Assembly: GCA_964575865.1 (NCBI GenBank)
Contig: CAZNSZ010000002.1
Location: 390-64,389, forward strand
DNA from: an uncultured Bacteroides sp.
GTDB taxonomy: Bacteria > Bacteroidota > Bacteroidia > Bacteroidales > GCA-2748055
DNA length: 64,000 bases
Reading direction: 5' to 3'
In this document: one piece after another, positions 16,884-26,344 of the stretch
Layout: each line of letters opens with the position of its first letter
How positions within the stretch are numbered: position 1 is the first letter of the stretch
The notes under the pieces: model-generated
What the model saw: only the letters and a program-made list of their open reading frames with translations
What the model was told of the DNA's origin: nothing
Databases searched by the model: none
Made by a program: the position numbers and the translations under genes

Positions 16884-18791
16884 ATGAAAAAAACAATGTC
16901 GTTCCTGCTGGTCTTCCTCACTGCCCTGTTTTCCATCATGCCGCCTGCCCTGTCACAGGACAGCAATGACCGGCCCAACATCCTGTGGATCACCAGCGAG
17001 GACAACAGTCCCATGCTGGGGTGCTACGGAGACCAGCAGGCCACCAGCCCGAACCTGGACCAGCTGGCCAGGGAAGGTTTCAGGTATACCCGGGCGTATG
17101 CCAACTGCCCTGTGTGTGCGCCGGCAAGGAATACGATCATTACGGGGGTATACGCCGCCTCCAACGGCAACGAGCAGATGCGCAGCACCTACCGGAAATC
17201 TGACCGGGTCCGTACCTATGCAGAGCTGTTGCGCCGGGACGGATACTACTGTACCAACAATGTGAAGACAGATTACAATACGCCCGATATCGATCCGGCC
17301 GCGATCTGGGATGAAAGCAGCAACACCGCACACTATAAGAACCGGCCTGATGGAAAACCCTTCTTTGCCATTTTCAACCTGACGGAATCGCATGAGAGCT
17401 CCATCTTCCAGAGAAATCCGGTCACCGGCCAGGAGATCCCGGTCAACATGGCCCCTCCCAAACACAACCCGGCCAGGGTGGTCCTTCCCCCCTACCATCC
17501 GGACATCCCTGAGATGCGGCATGACTGGGCCCTCTATTATGATAAGATCGAGATCATGGACCGCCGTGTCGGGGAGCTTCTGAGGGAACTGGACCGGCTG
17601 GGAGAAGCCGAAAACACCATCGTTTTCTACTATGCCGATCACGGAGGTATACTGGCGCGCAGCAAAAGGTACCTCTACGAAACCGGGACCAGGGTCCCTT
17701 TCATTGTCCGGGTCCCTGAAAAATTCAAATCGCTCTATCCCGGAAAGGGCCCGGGCAGTGCGGTGGACCGGCCGGTCAGTTTTGTGGACCTGGCTCCCAC
17801 ACTGCTCAGCATCGCCGGAGCGGAGATTCCCGGCTATATGCAGGGGGATGCCTTCCTGGGTGCTGCCACCGCTGAAGCCCCTGAATATGTCCACATGACC
17901 AGGGGCAGGATGGACGAACGGATCGACATGAGCCGTGCGGTCAGGGACAGGGAGTACCGCTACATCAGAAATTATATGCCCTTCAGGATCCCGTTGCAGC
18001 ACCTGGCCTATCTCTTCACGGCCCCATCGGCGCAGGCCTGGGAGGACCTGTTCAGGGCAGGAAAGACCAATGCCCTTCAGAGCGTGCCTTTTCAGCCCAA
18101 GGCTGTGGAGGAGTTATACGATACGGAAAATGACCCCTGGGAGGTGAACAACCTGGCTTCAGATCCCGCATATGCTGAGGTCCTGCAGCGCCTGCGTGAC
18201 GAGAACCGCGCATGGATGGCCAAAATCAGGGATGTGGGACTGATCCCGGAGACTGAGTATTCCAGCCTGGCCGGTGACGGCTCCATGTATGGGTATATGA
18301 GGTCGGAAGCATGTCCATTCGAAGAGATCCTGGAGGCCGCTGAAAAGGCGACCGTACCGGACAATGGGGACATCAGTGCCTATATGAAATCCCTGAAAAG
18401 CAACCATCCCGCCATCCGATACTGGGGGGTCACCGGACTGCTGATCCATCTGGAGGAATCCACCATGGCCATCCCTGCACTGCAGAAGGCCGCCAGAGAC
18501 CCGTCCTCTTCCGTGGCCTCGCTTGCAGCGGAGGCGCTCTTCCGGCTGGACCGGAAAGATCTGGCAGTGGAAACCTACATCCGGATCCTGACGGACCCCT
18601 CCTGCGGGATGATGGACCGGAACTTTGCCCTCAACAGCGTGGATGCCATTCACGTGACCGATCCGGCGCTCACTGGCGTCGTGAAAAGAATATACGAGGA
18701 TCAGAATGGACAGCTGAGCGGATGGGAACGGTTCAATAACTTCGATTTCCTGATGGCTGAATACCTGTTGAAGCAATGGGGCGAGATCTGA
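16884..18791 (+). CDS. Sulfatase (formylglycine-dependent) with C-terminal HEAT-like extension
   Basis: Internal ATG 16884 gives the signal peptide MKKTMSFLLVFLTALFS. It has the sulfatase core NILWITSEDNSP and the Cys-type FGly motif CAPARNTIITG. The C-terminal ~150 aa are helical repeats (HPAIRYWGVTGL ... SSVASLAAEALFRL). Confidence 0.88.
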   Translation: MKKTMSFLLVFLTALFSIMPPALSQDSNDRPNILWITSEDNSPMLGCYGDQQATSPNLDQLAREGFRYTRAYANCPVCAPARNTIITGVYAASNGNEQMRSTYRKSDRVRTYAELLRRDGYYCTNNVKTDYNTPDIDPAAIWDESSNTAHYKNRPDGKPFFAIFNLTESHESSIFQRNPVTGQEIPVNMAPPKHNPARVVLPPYHPDIPEMRHDWALYYDKIEIMDRRVGELLRELDRLGEAENTIVFYYADHGGILARSKRYLYETGTRVPFIVRVPEKFKSLYPGKGPGSAVDRPVSFVDLAPTLLSIAGAEIPGYMQGDAFLGAATAEAPEYVHMTRGRMDERIDMSRAVRDREYRYIRNYMPFRIPLQHLAYLFTAPSAQAWEDLFRAGKTNALQSVPFQPKAVEELYDTENDPWEVNNLASDPAYAEVLQRLRDENRAWMAKIRDVGLIPETEYSSLAGDGSMYGYMRSEACPFEEILEAAEKATVPDNGDISAYMKSLKSNHPAIRYWGVTGLLIHLEESTMAIPALQKAARDPSSSVASLAAEALFRLDRKDLAVETYIRILTDPSCGMMDRNFALNSVDAIHVTDPALTGVVKRIYEDQNGQLSGWERFNNFDFLMAEYLLKQWGEI

Positions 18792-18848
18792 ATCCCATGA
18801 TCCGTGAATCCTTCCCCCCGGGTGTGAGGAAGGTTCCGCGGGCAGTAT

Positions 18849-19403
18849 TCAGGCCGTAAGTTTGGCCTCATGGACGATCTCCATTCCCCGCTGGATCGCC
18901 TTCTCGTTGACGGGGATCAGGTGGTGGTGCCTCTCGGGCAGCGATTTCCGCAGTCCTTTGATCACGTTTTCGAAGTCGACCACCGGTTTGACCTTGATAA
19001 AGGCCCCCAGCACCACCATATTAAAGGTGACAGGCGCTTTCATCCGGGCTGCCTCGGCCGCTGCCTCCACCTGGAAAATACGAATATCGTCGCGCTCCGG
19101 GTGGCGGGTGATCCCGTTGGGATCGTAGATCATCAGGCCGCCCGGTTTTACTTTCGGTTCAAATTTGTCCAGCGACTGCTGGTTCAGCAGGATGGCCGTA
19201 TCGTAGCTCTGCAGTACCGGGGAACTGACCCGGTCGTCGCTCAGGATGACAGTCACGTTGGCGGTCCCGCCCCTCATCTCGGGCCCGTAGGAGGGCATCC
19301 AGCTCACCTCCTGTTCCTGCATGATCCCGGAATAGGCCAGGATCTTCCCCATGGAGAGGACCCCCTGTCCCCCGAATCCCGCGATAATGATTTCTTCGGT
19401 CAT
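18849..19403 (-). CDS. 2-oxoacid:ferredoxin oxidoreductase, gamma subunit
   Basis: IIIAGFGGQGVLSMGKILA at the N-terminus is typical of the POR/KOR gamma subunit. It is the last gene of the delta-alpha-beta-gamma string. Confidence 0.9.
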   Translation of the reverse strand: MTEEIIIAGFGGQGVLSMGKILAYSGIMQEQEVSWMPSYGPEMRGGTANVTVILSDDRVSSPVLQSYDTAILLNQQSLDKFEPKVKPGGLMIYDPNGITRHPERDDIRIFQVEAAAEAARMKAPVTFNMVVLGAFIKVKPVVDFENVIKGLRKSLPERHHHLIPVNEKAIQRGMEIVHEAKLTA

Positions 19404-19430
19404 AATATCCTGGTTCTTGTTAATATCTGT

Positions 19431-19493
19431 AGGTTAGAGGTTAGAGGTTAGAGGTTAGATATTTTTCTAACTCCTAACGGCTAACGGCTAACC
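19431..19493. repeat. Heptamer tandem repeat (AGGTTAG x4) plus imperfect inverted copy (CTAAC-nn x4) forming a potential long hairpin in the beta/gamma junction
   Basis: Read directly: aggttag aggttag aggttag aggttag at 19431-19458, then the spacer atatttttc, then taactcctaacggctaacggctaacc. The right arm runs into the last codons and stop of the beta-subunit gene. Confidence 0.7.
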
Positions 19494-20260
19494 AGCTCGC
19501 CTGCTACTTTTATATCCCCCATGGGATAGAAAGGGAACATGTGTTCCTCCATCCAATTGTTGGAATCGTTGGGGCTCATCCGCCAGCCGGAGTTGCAGTT
19601 GGAGACAAATTCAATGAAGGTCATCCCCTTCTTGTCCCGCTGCGCCTCCAGGGCGATGCGGATCGCCTTTTTTGCCTTCCGCACCGGGCCCGGTTTGTGC
19701 ACCGCCTGGCGGGTCACATAGTATACGCCGGGCAACTGCGCGATCATCTCGGTGATCTTGTAGGGCGGGCCCATGGTCTGGCTGTTCCGGCCGTAGGGCG
19801 AGGTGGTCGATTTCATCCCGTCCAGGGTGGTGGGGGCCATCTGCCCGCCGGTCATCCCGTAGATGCCGTTGTTCACGAAAAAGATGGTAAAATTCTCCCC
19901 GCGGTTGCAGGCATGGATCGTTTCGGCGGTCCCTATGGCGGCCAGGTCCCCGTCCCCCTGGTAGGTGAAGACGAATTTCTCGGGCCAGAGGCGCTTGATG
20001 CCGGTGGCCACTGCAGGGGCCCTACCGTGGGCCGCCTGTGAGAAATCCACATCCATGAAATCGTAGGCCAGCACCGAGCAGCCCACCGGGGCGATCCCGA
20101 TGGTCTCTTCCTGGATCCCCATCTCCTCGACCACCTCCATGATCAGCCGGTGGATCGTTCCGTGTCCGCATCCCGGACAGTACGAGAGGGTGGCATCGGT
20201 CATGAGCGGCGTCCGCCGGTAGACCAGGTTCTCCTCCCTGATGATCTCTTTGACTTCCAT
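19481..20260 (-). CDS. 2-oxoacid:ferredoxin oxidoreductase, beta subunit (TPP-binding)
   Basis: Has CPGCGHG near the N-terminus and the GDG...NN TPP motif (YQGDGDLAAIG ... FFVNNGIYGMTGGQ). Confidence 0.92.
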   Translation of the reverse strand: MEVKEIIREENLVYRRTPLMTDATLSYCPGCGHGTIHRLIMEVVEEMGIQEETIGIAPVGCSVLAYDFMDVDFSQAAHGRAPAVATGIKRLWPEKFVFTYQGDGDLAAIGTAETIHACNRGENFTIFFVNNGIYGMTGGQMAPTTLDGMKSTTSPYGRNSQTMGPPYKITEMIAQLPGVYYVTRQAVHKPGPVRKAKKAIRIALEAQRDKKGMTFIEFVSNCNSGWRMSPNDSNNWMEEHMFPFYPMGDIKVAGELVSR

Positions 20261-21328
20261 TTAAAATCCTCCTGTAAATTTTTCTTCAACCGCATCCATC
20301 ACATCTTCCGGGGAAGGGATCCTTCCGCCGGGGGTTCCCCAGTGATAGACCGGGACCCTTCCATTCACAGCCAGCTTTACATCCTCCACCATTTGCCCCG
20401 CACTCAGTTCCACGGCCATCATCCCCTTCACCCTGCGGCCCAGCCGGGCCAGCTCCTCGCTGGGGAACGGGAACAGCGTCTGCGGGCGGAGCAGTCCCAG
20501 CCGCATCCCTTTATTCCGTGCCAGTTCCACAACCTTCTGGCAGATCCTGGCACTGGATCCGTAGGCCACCAGCAGGAATTCCGCATCGTCGCACTGGAAT
20601 TTCTCGAACATGACATCCTGGCTCATGCTCCGGTACTTCTCCTGGAGCTTCAGGTTGTGTTCATATTGCAGGTCGGGATCCAGGTTCAGCGAAGTGATGA
20701 TGTTCCGCTCGCGGTTCTTCTTACCGGTGATCACCCAGGACTGGTCGAATTCGGTGACACGGGGCTTCTGGGGCGGCAGCTCCACCTTCTCCATCATCTG
20801 CCCGATCAGTCCGTCGCTGAGGATCAGGGCAGGATTGCGGTATTTGAACGCCAGGGTGAAGGCCAGGTCCACAAAATCGGCCATCTCCTGGACAGAGGCC
20901 GGGGCCAGCACGATCAGGTGGTAATCACCGTGACCGCCTCCCTTGGTGGACTGGAAATAGTCGGCCTGCGAGGGCTGGATGGTTCCCAGCCCGGGACCGC
21001 CCCTGACCACATTGACGATCAGGCAGGGCAGCTCCGCTCCCGCGATGTAGCTGATCCCCTCCTGCATCAGGCTGATGCCCGGACTGGAGGAGGAGGTCAT
21101 TACCTTTTTTCCTGTCCCTGCTGCACCGTAGATCATGTTGATAGAGGCCACTTCGCTCTCTGCCTGGAGCACCACCATGCCGGTCCGTTCCTCCGGTTTC
21201 TGGAGGGTCAGGTATTCCAGTACCTCCGACTGGGGAGTGATCGGATACCCGAAATAGGCATCCACACCCGCCCGGATGGCCGCTTCGGCAATGGCCTCGT
21301 TTCCCTTCATTAATGCCAGTTCCTTCAT
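20261..21328 (-). CDS. 2-oxoacid:ferredoxin oxidoreductase, alpha subunit
   Basis: Start chosen at internal ATG 21328 (MKELALMKGNEAIAEAAIRAGVDAYFGYPITP), 12 nt after the delta stop. The ORF-track extension to 21526 overlaps the delta gene. Confidence 0.9.
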   Translation of the reverse strand: MKELALMKGNEAIAEAAIRAGVDAYFGYPITPQSEVLEYLTLQKPEERTGMVVLQAESEVASINMIYGAAGTGKKVMTSSSSPGISLMQEGISYIAGAELPCLIVNVVRGGPGLGTIQPSQADYFQSTKGGGHGDYHLIVLAPASVQEMADFVDLAFTLAFKYRNPALILSDGLIGQMMEKVELPPQKPRVTEFDQSWVITGKKNRERNIITSLNLDPDLQYEHNLKLQEKYRSMSQDVMFEKFQCDDAEFLLVAYGSSARICQKVVELARNKGMRLGLLRPQTLFPFPSEELARLGRRVKGMMAVELSAGQMVEDVKLAVNGRVPVYHWGTPGGRIPSPEDVMDAVEEKFTGGF

Positions 21329-21339
21329 CGCTCTCCGAT

Positions 21340-21567
21340 TTATTTGTTTTTGACCCGGTATACCGTGATCACTCCGTCCGGGCAGACGACGGCGCAATTG
21401 GTACAACCTGTACAATATTCCGGATTCTTCATATACGCATAGTGGTATCCCTTCCCGTTCACCTCTTCGGCCATGCCGATGGTATCGGTTGGACAGTTCA
21501 CCATGCAGACCTGGCACCCCTTGCACCGCTCCACATCCACCACGATGGCGCCTTTCGCTTTTGCCAT
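21340..21567 (-). CDS. 2-oxoacid:ferredoxin oxidoreductase, delta subunit (2x[4Fe-4S] ferredoxin)
   Basis: Has two CxxCxxCxxxCP motifs (CKGCQVCMVNCP, CTGCTNCAVVCP) in 75 aa. Confidence 0.9.
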   Translation of the reverse strand: MAKAKGAIVVDVERCKGCQVCMVNCPTDTIGMAEEVNGKGYHYAYMKNPEYCTGCTNCAVVCPDGVITVYRVKNK

Positions 21568-21592
21568 GCTATGCAGTTTTAATGATCAACTC

Positions 21593-21600
21593 CCAAATGT
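21593..21600 (-). promoter_or_regulatory. -7 promoter box TACATTTG (TAnnTTTG) upstream of the oxidoreductase delta gene
   Basis: The reverse complement of caaatgta is an exact match, 25 nt upstream of ATG 21567. Confidence 0.4.
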
Positions 21601-21674
21601 AACAATTCTCAAAAACCCTGCTCCCTGTTCTTGGACAGGTTTGCCGCATCCCCCGTTTTTTGGGATGAAAAATC

Positions 21675-22997
21675 CTATTCCGGGACGGGGTGATTCTCCT
21701 GAAAGCATTTCAACCGCTCTTCAAGCCGGGGGAACTGATCCCTCCTGACCTGTGATACACAGGCCCTTAGACCTTCGATCCGGGTACTTCCCGTAATGCC
21801 GAGTGAGATGGCACTGATGCCGTAGTAGAGCAGCTCCTCCACCAGCTGGGGGCCCTGAAAACCAGGATAGGACAGGGTGAAATAGAAGCCGTCAGCGATG
21901 GGTTCCTCCAGGTCCATGTCATAGACGATCCGGAAGCCGTATTTCTGAAACAGCGCTTTCATGATCCGTGCCTTCTCCCCGTATTCGCGTACCTCGTTGA
22001 TGTAATTGTAGGTGCCGTCGTTCACCGCCTTGAAGATGGCGGCCAGGGCATACTGGGCCGTGTGTGAAGCCCCGGCGGAAAGAGAGTAGAGTGCCCCGTA
22101 CACCATGGCGTGCCCGAACTTGTCGGAGGTATAGTACCGTTTCAGATCGGGGTATTTCCGGTCGAACAGGGCGGGGGCCATGACAAGCATCCCGATCCGC
22201 TGTCCTGCGTAACTGAACGCTTTTGAGCTGGAGATCAGCAACAGGTAGTTATCGGTGTAGCGTGCCACCGTGGGCTGGTAAGGAGGCTTTCCCGGCCGGG
22301 AAAGGTCTTTGCGGAAATCCATTCCGAAATAGGCCAGGTCCTCGATCACGGTCACGTCATACTTTCTGGAGATCTCTCCGATGACCTTCAGCTCCTGTTC
22401 ATTGAGGCAGATCCACGAGGGGTTGTTCGGGTTTGAATAGAGGATCGAGGAGTAATGGCCTTTCTCGATCTCCTCCTCCATCTTGTCCATTAATTTATCT
22501 CCCCTGAAATCGTACAGGTCAAAGGATCCGTATTCGTGTCCCAGCACCAGGCACTGCTGTTTCTGCACCGGAAAGCCGGGATCGAGGAACAGCGTTCCCG
22601 TGCGTGTCCGGTCCGAACGGTTCACCACCATGAAGGCGGCCATTCCCCCCATCATTGATCCCACCGTGGGGACGCAGTGCATGGGATCGACCTCCACATC
22701 GAGGAACAGCCTGATGAATCGGGCTGCTTCCTCCTTCAGTGGTTTGATCCCTTCGATGTTGGGATACTTGGAGGCCACTCCTTTCCTGAGGGCGATCATT
22801 TCCGCCTCGGTCCCCACGAAGGTGGGATCCAGTCCCGGCACCCCCATTTCCATGCGGATAAACTCCTCCCCTGTGATCCCCTCGATATCGTTCACGATTT
22901 TCACCAGTTCGCGGATGGTCGCATTCCCTGCGGGATGGATGCCAAATGCATCGATCACCTCGTTGACGACTTCGGATGGGATGGGGGTGGATTTCAT
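21675..22997 (-). CDS. PLP-dependent aminotransferase, class I/II
   Basis: Has the PLP-lysine context LLISSSKAFSYAGQRIGML and is about 440 aa. Substrate is not assignable by eye. Confidence 0.85.
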   Translation of the reverse strand: MKSTPIPSEVVNEVIDAFGIHPAGNATIRELVKIVNDIEGITGEEFIRMEMGVPGLDPTFVGTEAEMIALRKGVASKYPNIEGIKPLKEEAARFIRLFLDVEVDPMHCVPTVGSMMGGMAAFMVVNRSDRTRTGTLFLDPGFPVQKQQCLVLGHEYGSFDLYDFRGDKLMDKMEEEIEKGHYSSILYSNPNNPSWICLNEQELKVIGEISRKYDVTVIEDLAYFGMDFRKDLSRPGKPPYQPTVARYTDNYLLLISSSKAFSYAGQRIGMLVMAPALFDRKYPDLKRYYTSDKFGHAMVYGALYSLSAGASHTAQYALAAIFKAVNDGTYNYINEVREYGEKARIMKALFQKYGFRIVYDMDLEEPIADGFYFTLSYPGFQGPQLVEELLYYGISAISLGITGSTRIEGLRACVSQVRRDQFPRLEERLKCFQENHPVPE

Positions 22998-23075
22998 CGG
23001 ATCTTTCTGGTTGGTAGGGCGAATTTAGCCAATGAAAAGTGAATGCCGGGTGTCTTATAGCATAAGGGGGATGTG

Positions 23076-25142
23076 TTATAAAACGGGTCTGCCGGTCCGG
23101 ATCCGGGCATCCACCACCCTCAGCAGGTCCCCGCTCCCCATGATGGGATTCAGATCCAGTTCAACGATCTCCGGGGTGTGCAGGAGCACCCCTGACAGCC
23201 TCGCCAGGATTTCCGCATAGGCACTGGTTTCGATCCCGGCCTGGCCCCTCCACCCCTCCAGGATGCGGTACCCTTTCAGGGAGCGGATCATGCCTTCTGC
23301 TTCGGGCACGGAGAGCGGAGCGAGCCCCGTGGCCAGGTCCCTGACCGCCTCCACGTAAACGCCGCCAAGACCGCACATGACCAGGTGGCCGTAACCGGGT
23401 TCAGCCACCGCTCCGGCAAAAAGCTCAAGCCCGCCAGCCATGGGTTGCAGGAGTACCCCGGTTGCTCCGCTGATCCCCATCATCCGGCGGAAGTGGCCCG
23501 TCAGGTCGGCGTCATTGCCGATGCCCAGGGCCACCCCTCCCACATCGGACTTGTGCACCGGGCCCGTTACTTTCATCACCAGGGGATACCCCAGCTCACG
23601 GGCTGCCGGTTCCAGACCGGCCTCCTCACTGACCACCCGCTCTTCCACCCGGGGGATCCCTGCCGCGTCAAGGAATGCCTGGACATCAGCCGGACCAAGG
23701 TATCCCTCCGGACGTCCCTCAATGAGCATTCTGACAGCCTCCAGGTCCACCCCCTCCAGGAAAGGTTCACTGCCCGACGGCGGGGGGGTGTTGCGGATCC
23801 GGGTGAGTGCCTGGCCGAAAACAACCTCGTCCGGGAAATTGATGTGGCCGTGGGACAGGAAGGCTTTGACCTCCTCACTGGCGGTGGTGACCGAAGGAAG
23901 GACCGGGAAGATGGGCTTGGTGGAGCGCTTCATCTTCTCGTGGAGCACCTTATACACATCGAACACAGGGGCCAGCCCGGGGGTCCCGAATATGACCACG
24001 ATACCGTCTATCTCCGGAAAGTACCGCTCACAGAAATCAATACTCAGTCCCACGTGCTCTGCGGTCCCGGTGGCCAGGATATCAATGGGATTGGCGGCCG
24101 AGGATCCGGGAAACAGATGCTCCAGCAACCGGTCCGCTTCCGGCCCGCTGAGCCGGGGAACCTCCATCCCTCCGTTCTCCAGCACATCGGTCAGCATCAC
24201 GGCGGGACCGCCGGCATGGGTGATGATGGCCAGGTTCTTTTCGGGGAGCCGCTCATTGAGCATCACCGAAGCGACGGTGGTCAGCTCTTCCCTGCCGTAA
24301 CACCTGACGATCCCCGCCTTGCGGAACAGGGCATCCACAGCCATATCCGAGCTGGCCATGGCCCCGGTATGGGAGGAGGCGGCCCGGCTTCCCGCCTTGG
24401 TGGTCCCTGCTTTAATGGCTGCGATCCGGCATCCTTTCCTGATCAGGGAAGTGGCATGGGCCAGCAACTTGCCGGGATGTTTGATGGTTTCGAAATAGAG
24501 GATCTTCACCCGGGAGGAGGAGCCCTCCCGGAATGTGTCGTCAAGGTATTGCAGCACATCCTCCACACCCAGCTGTGCGGAATTACCCACGGAGAAGACC
24601 TGGTTGAAGGTGAGCCCCTTCTGAAGTCCCGCCTCCATGATGAACACCGCGGTGGCCCCGCTGCCGGAGATGAAATCGCATCCCCGTGGATCGAGCCGCG
24701 GAATGGGCAGGGTGAAGACACCCTGGTACCCGGGGGTCATGACCCCGATGCAGTTGGGACCGATCAGGGCTGCCCCGTGTTTCCTGCAGATCCCTGCGAT
24801 CTCCTTTTCGATGGCAGCCCCCCCGGCACTCTCCTCCCCGAATCCAGCGGAGACAATGATAAATGCCCTGGTCTGCCGGGTCTCCGCCAGTTCCCTCACC
24901 ATCTCCGCACAGAGCGAGGCGGGAATGGCCAGGATGGCCAGGTCGCAGTCGGGCAGGTCCTTCACTTCGCGGAAGGAGGGAAGGCCCTGGATGGTGTCCT
25001 CTTTCGGGTTCAGTGCATAGAGGTCACCCGCGAAGGTGCCGGTCCGGATGTTGTAAAAAAGTTTTCCCCCGGGCTTGGCCAGGTTGTTGGACGCGCCAAC
25101 CACCACGATGCTTCCCGGGTCGATGAGTTGCCGGTTGACCAT
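23076..25142 (-). CDS. ADP-forming acyl/acetyl-CoA synthetase (fused alpha-beta, CoA-binding + ATP-grasp)
   Basis: Has the N-terminal CoA-binding fold PGSIVVVGASNNLAKPGG, a succinyl-CoA-synthetase-like middle region (GPNCIGV, phosphohistidine loop region SSHTGAMAS) and a C-terminal ATP-grasp (YPLVMKVTGPVHKSDVGGV). Confidence 0.88.
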   Translation of the reverse strand: MVNRQLIDPGSIVVVGASNNLAKPGGKLFYNIRTGTFAGDLYALNPKEDTIQGLPSFREVKDLPDCDLAILAIPASLCAEMVRELAETRQTRAFIIVSAGFGEESAGGAAIEKEIAGICRKHGAALIGPNCIGVMTPGYQGVFTLPIPRLDPRGCDFISGSGATAVFIMEAGLQKGLTFNQVFSVGNSAQLGVEDVLQYLDDTFREGSSSRVKILYFETIKHPGKLLAHATSLIRKGCRIAAIKAGTTKAGSRAASSHTGAMASSDMAVDALFRKAGIVRCYGREELTTVASVMLNERLPEKNLAIITHAGGPAVMLTDVLENGGMEVPRLSGPEADRLLEHLFPGSSAANPIDILATGTAEHVGLSIDFCERYFPEIDGIVVIFGTPGLAPVFDVYKVLHEKMKRSTKPIFPVLPSVTTASEEVKAFLSHGHINFPDEVVFGQALTRIRNTPPPSGSEPFLEGVDLEAVRMLIEGRPEGYLGPADVQAFLDAAGIPRVEERVVSEEAGLEPAARELGYPLVMKVTGPVHKSDVGGVALGIGNDADLTGHFRRMMGISGATGVLLQPMAGGLELFAGAVAEPGYGHLVMCGLGGVYVEAVRDLATGLAPLSVPEAEGMIRSLKGYRILEGWRGQAGIETSAYAEILARLSGVLLHTPEIVELDLNPIMGSGDLLRVVDARIRTGRPVL

Positions 25143-25240
25143 GAGAATCAGGATTGCTGATCCAAAGATAAGAAAGCTGAATGCGGAGATTTCTGAATCG
25201 GGGGTGTCTTAGAACATGGAAGATGATGCTGTTCAGCGGT

Positions 25241-25303
25241 GAGAAAAAAAAGAAGGCAAGTTGCTACTCTCCCTAAAACCCTCAAAAGATTCGCAACTTG
25301 CCT
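25241..25303 (-). terminator. Candidate intrinsic terminator after the hydrogenase/rex/regulator string
   Basis: A perfect 12-bp inverted repeat AAGGCAAGTTGC (25252-25263) / GCAACTTGCCTT (25292-25303). On the minus strand it is followed by CTTTTTTTTCT. The loop is long (28 nt), which lowers confidence. Confidence 0.5.
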
Positions 25304-25400
25304 TGCACCCCAACAATTACTTTCCAATTGTATGACCAAAAATGAGAAATATTGTTGAAATAGAAAAGCGATTTAACAACCGAAACCTGTTTTTTAACAT

Positions 25401-25643
25401 TTATCCCACCAGCACCGATTTCACCTTCACCCCCTCCACTCTTCCCAGTTTTCCCGTAAGGGATCCGATCCTGTCGGTATCCCCCTCCACCACAAGGGAA
25501 ATGACATTGGTGGTCCGTTCCCTGAGGGGGATGCCCTGCCTTCCGAGGATGATGGATGCATGCTCCGAAATGATGGTATTGACCCGGTGTATGTCGCATG
25601 CGGGTGTAACCAGGAGAATGACAGAACCGATCCTGGATTCCAC
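25401..25643 (-). CDS. TM1266-type putative iron-only hydrogenase system regulator (small ACT-like protein)
   Basis: It is 80 aa. The pattern ...LGRQGIPLRE...ISLVVEGDTDRIGSLTGKLGRVEGVKVKSV matches my recollection of the TM1266 family. It has a GTG start overlapping the rex stop by 1 nt. Confidence 0.75.
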   Translation of the reverse strand: MESRIGSVILLVTPACDIHRVNTIISEHASIILGRQGIPLRERTTNVISLVVEGDTDRIGSLTGKLGRVEGVKVKSVLVG

Positions 25644-26263
25644 TATTTCTTTCCCGTTTTTACGAAATAGGCCACCTTCTCAAGGGAGGTGATCATATCA
25701 TATTCATCCAGGTATACCTGGGGTGAGAGGTTCAGGGGAACCGTGGTGAAATTCAGAACACCTCTTATTCCCGCTTCCACCAGCAGCCGGGAAACTTCCT
25801 GTGCCGAATCTGCCGGAACGGTCATGATGGCAATGGAGATCTGCAGCTCTTCCGCCACCTCCTTCAGCCGGCTCAAGGGGTAACACTTCACCCCTGCGAT
25901 CACCCGGTCGATCTTGTTGGTATCCACATCGAATGTGGCAATGATGTTCAGCTTGGACCGCTTTCCTATGAAATAGGTGGTGATGGCCCTTCCCAGGTTT
26001 CCCACACCGACCACCGCCACATTCAGCCCCTTCTCCGAATCGAGGATCTCACCGATCACCTGGATCAGTTCGCGGACATCATACCCTTTGCGCTGCATGC
26101 TGCTGTAGCCGATGAACATAATGTCCCGGCGCACCTGAACGGCGGTATTGTGATGCAGTTCGGCCAGCTCGTGCGAATAGATGTGTGTCTTCCCCTCCTC
26201 CAGACATTGTAAAAGGCTCCTCCGGTATTCACTGAGTCTTTCGACGGTACGTTCTGGTAACAT
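25643..26263 (-). CDS. rex: Redox-sensing transcriptional repressor Rex
   Basis: Has the winged-helix N-terminus (TVERLSEYRRSL) and the Rossmann motif VAVVGVGNLGRA. Start at ATG 26263 (MLPERT) is preferred, but 26290 is possible. Confidence 0.9.
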   Translation of the reverse strand: MLPERTVERLSEYRRSLLQCLEEGKTHIYSHELAELHHNTAVQVRRDIMFIGYSSMQRKGYDVRELIQVIGEILDSEKGLNVAVVGVGNLGRAITTYFIGKRSKLNIIATFDVDTNKIDRVIAGVKCYPLSRLKEVAEELQISIAIMTVPADSAQEVSRLLVEAGIRGVLNFTTVPLNLSPQVYLDEYDMITSLEKVAYFVKTGKK

Positions 26264-26302
26264 GATCAATGGGTCATGGTGATGATACAATAGTACGAAA
26301 TA

Positions 26303-26320
26303 TTGTTAATTTAATCACAC
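26303..26320. promoter_or_regulatory. Candidate Rex operator upstream of rex (TTGTTAA-TTTA-ATCACAC)
   Basis: An 18-bp site with a perfect TTGTTAA half-site, a 4-nt spacer and a second half two mismatches from TTCACAA. It lies in the hydA-rex intergenic gap. The call rests on my recollection of the consensus TTGTGAAnnnnTTCACAA / TTGTTAAnnnnTTAACAA. Confidence 0.35.
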
Positions 26321-26344
26321 CCGGACGGTGAAAACTGCCGGCGG

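Noticed and set aside
18810-18833. Hairpin CCTTCC-N12-GGAAGG between the convergent sulfatase and oxidoreductase gamma genes; also CCTGC-N5-GCAGG at 43512-43526.
   Set aside because: The stems are short (5-6 bp) and have no or only a weak U-run, which is insufficient to call terminators.
19431-19458. The AGGTTAG x4 tandem repeat considered as a CRISPR array or telomere-like element.
   Set aside because: The unit is only 7 nt with no spacers, so it is not CRISPR. There are no cas genes in the window, and the resemblance to eukaryotic telomere repeats is superficial.
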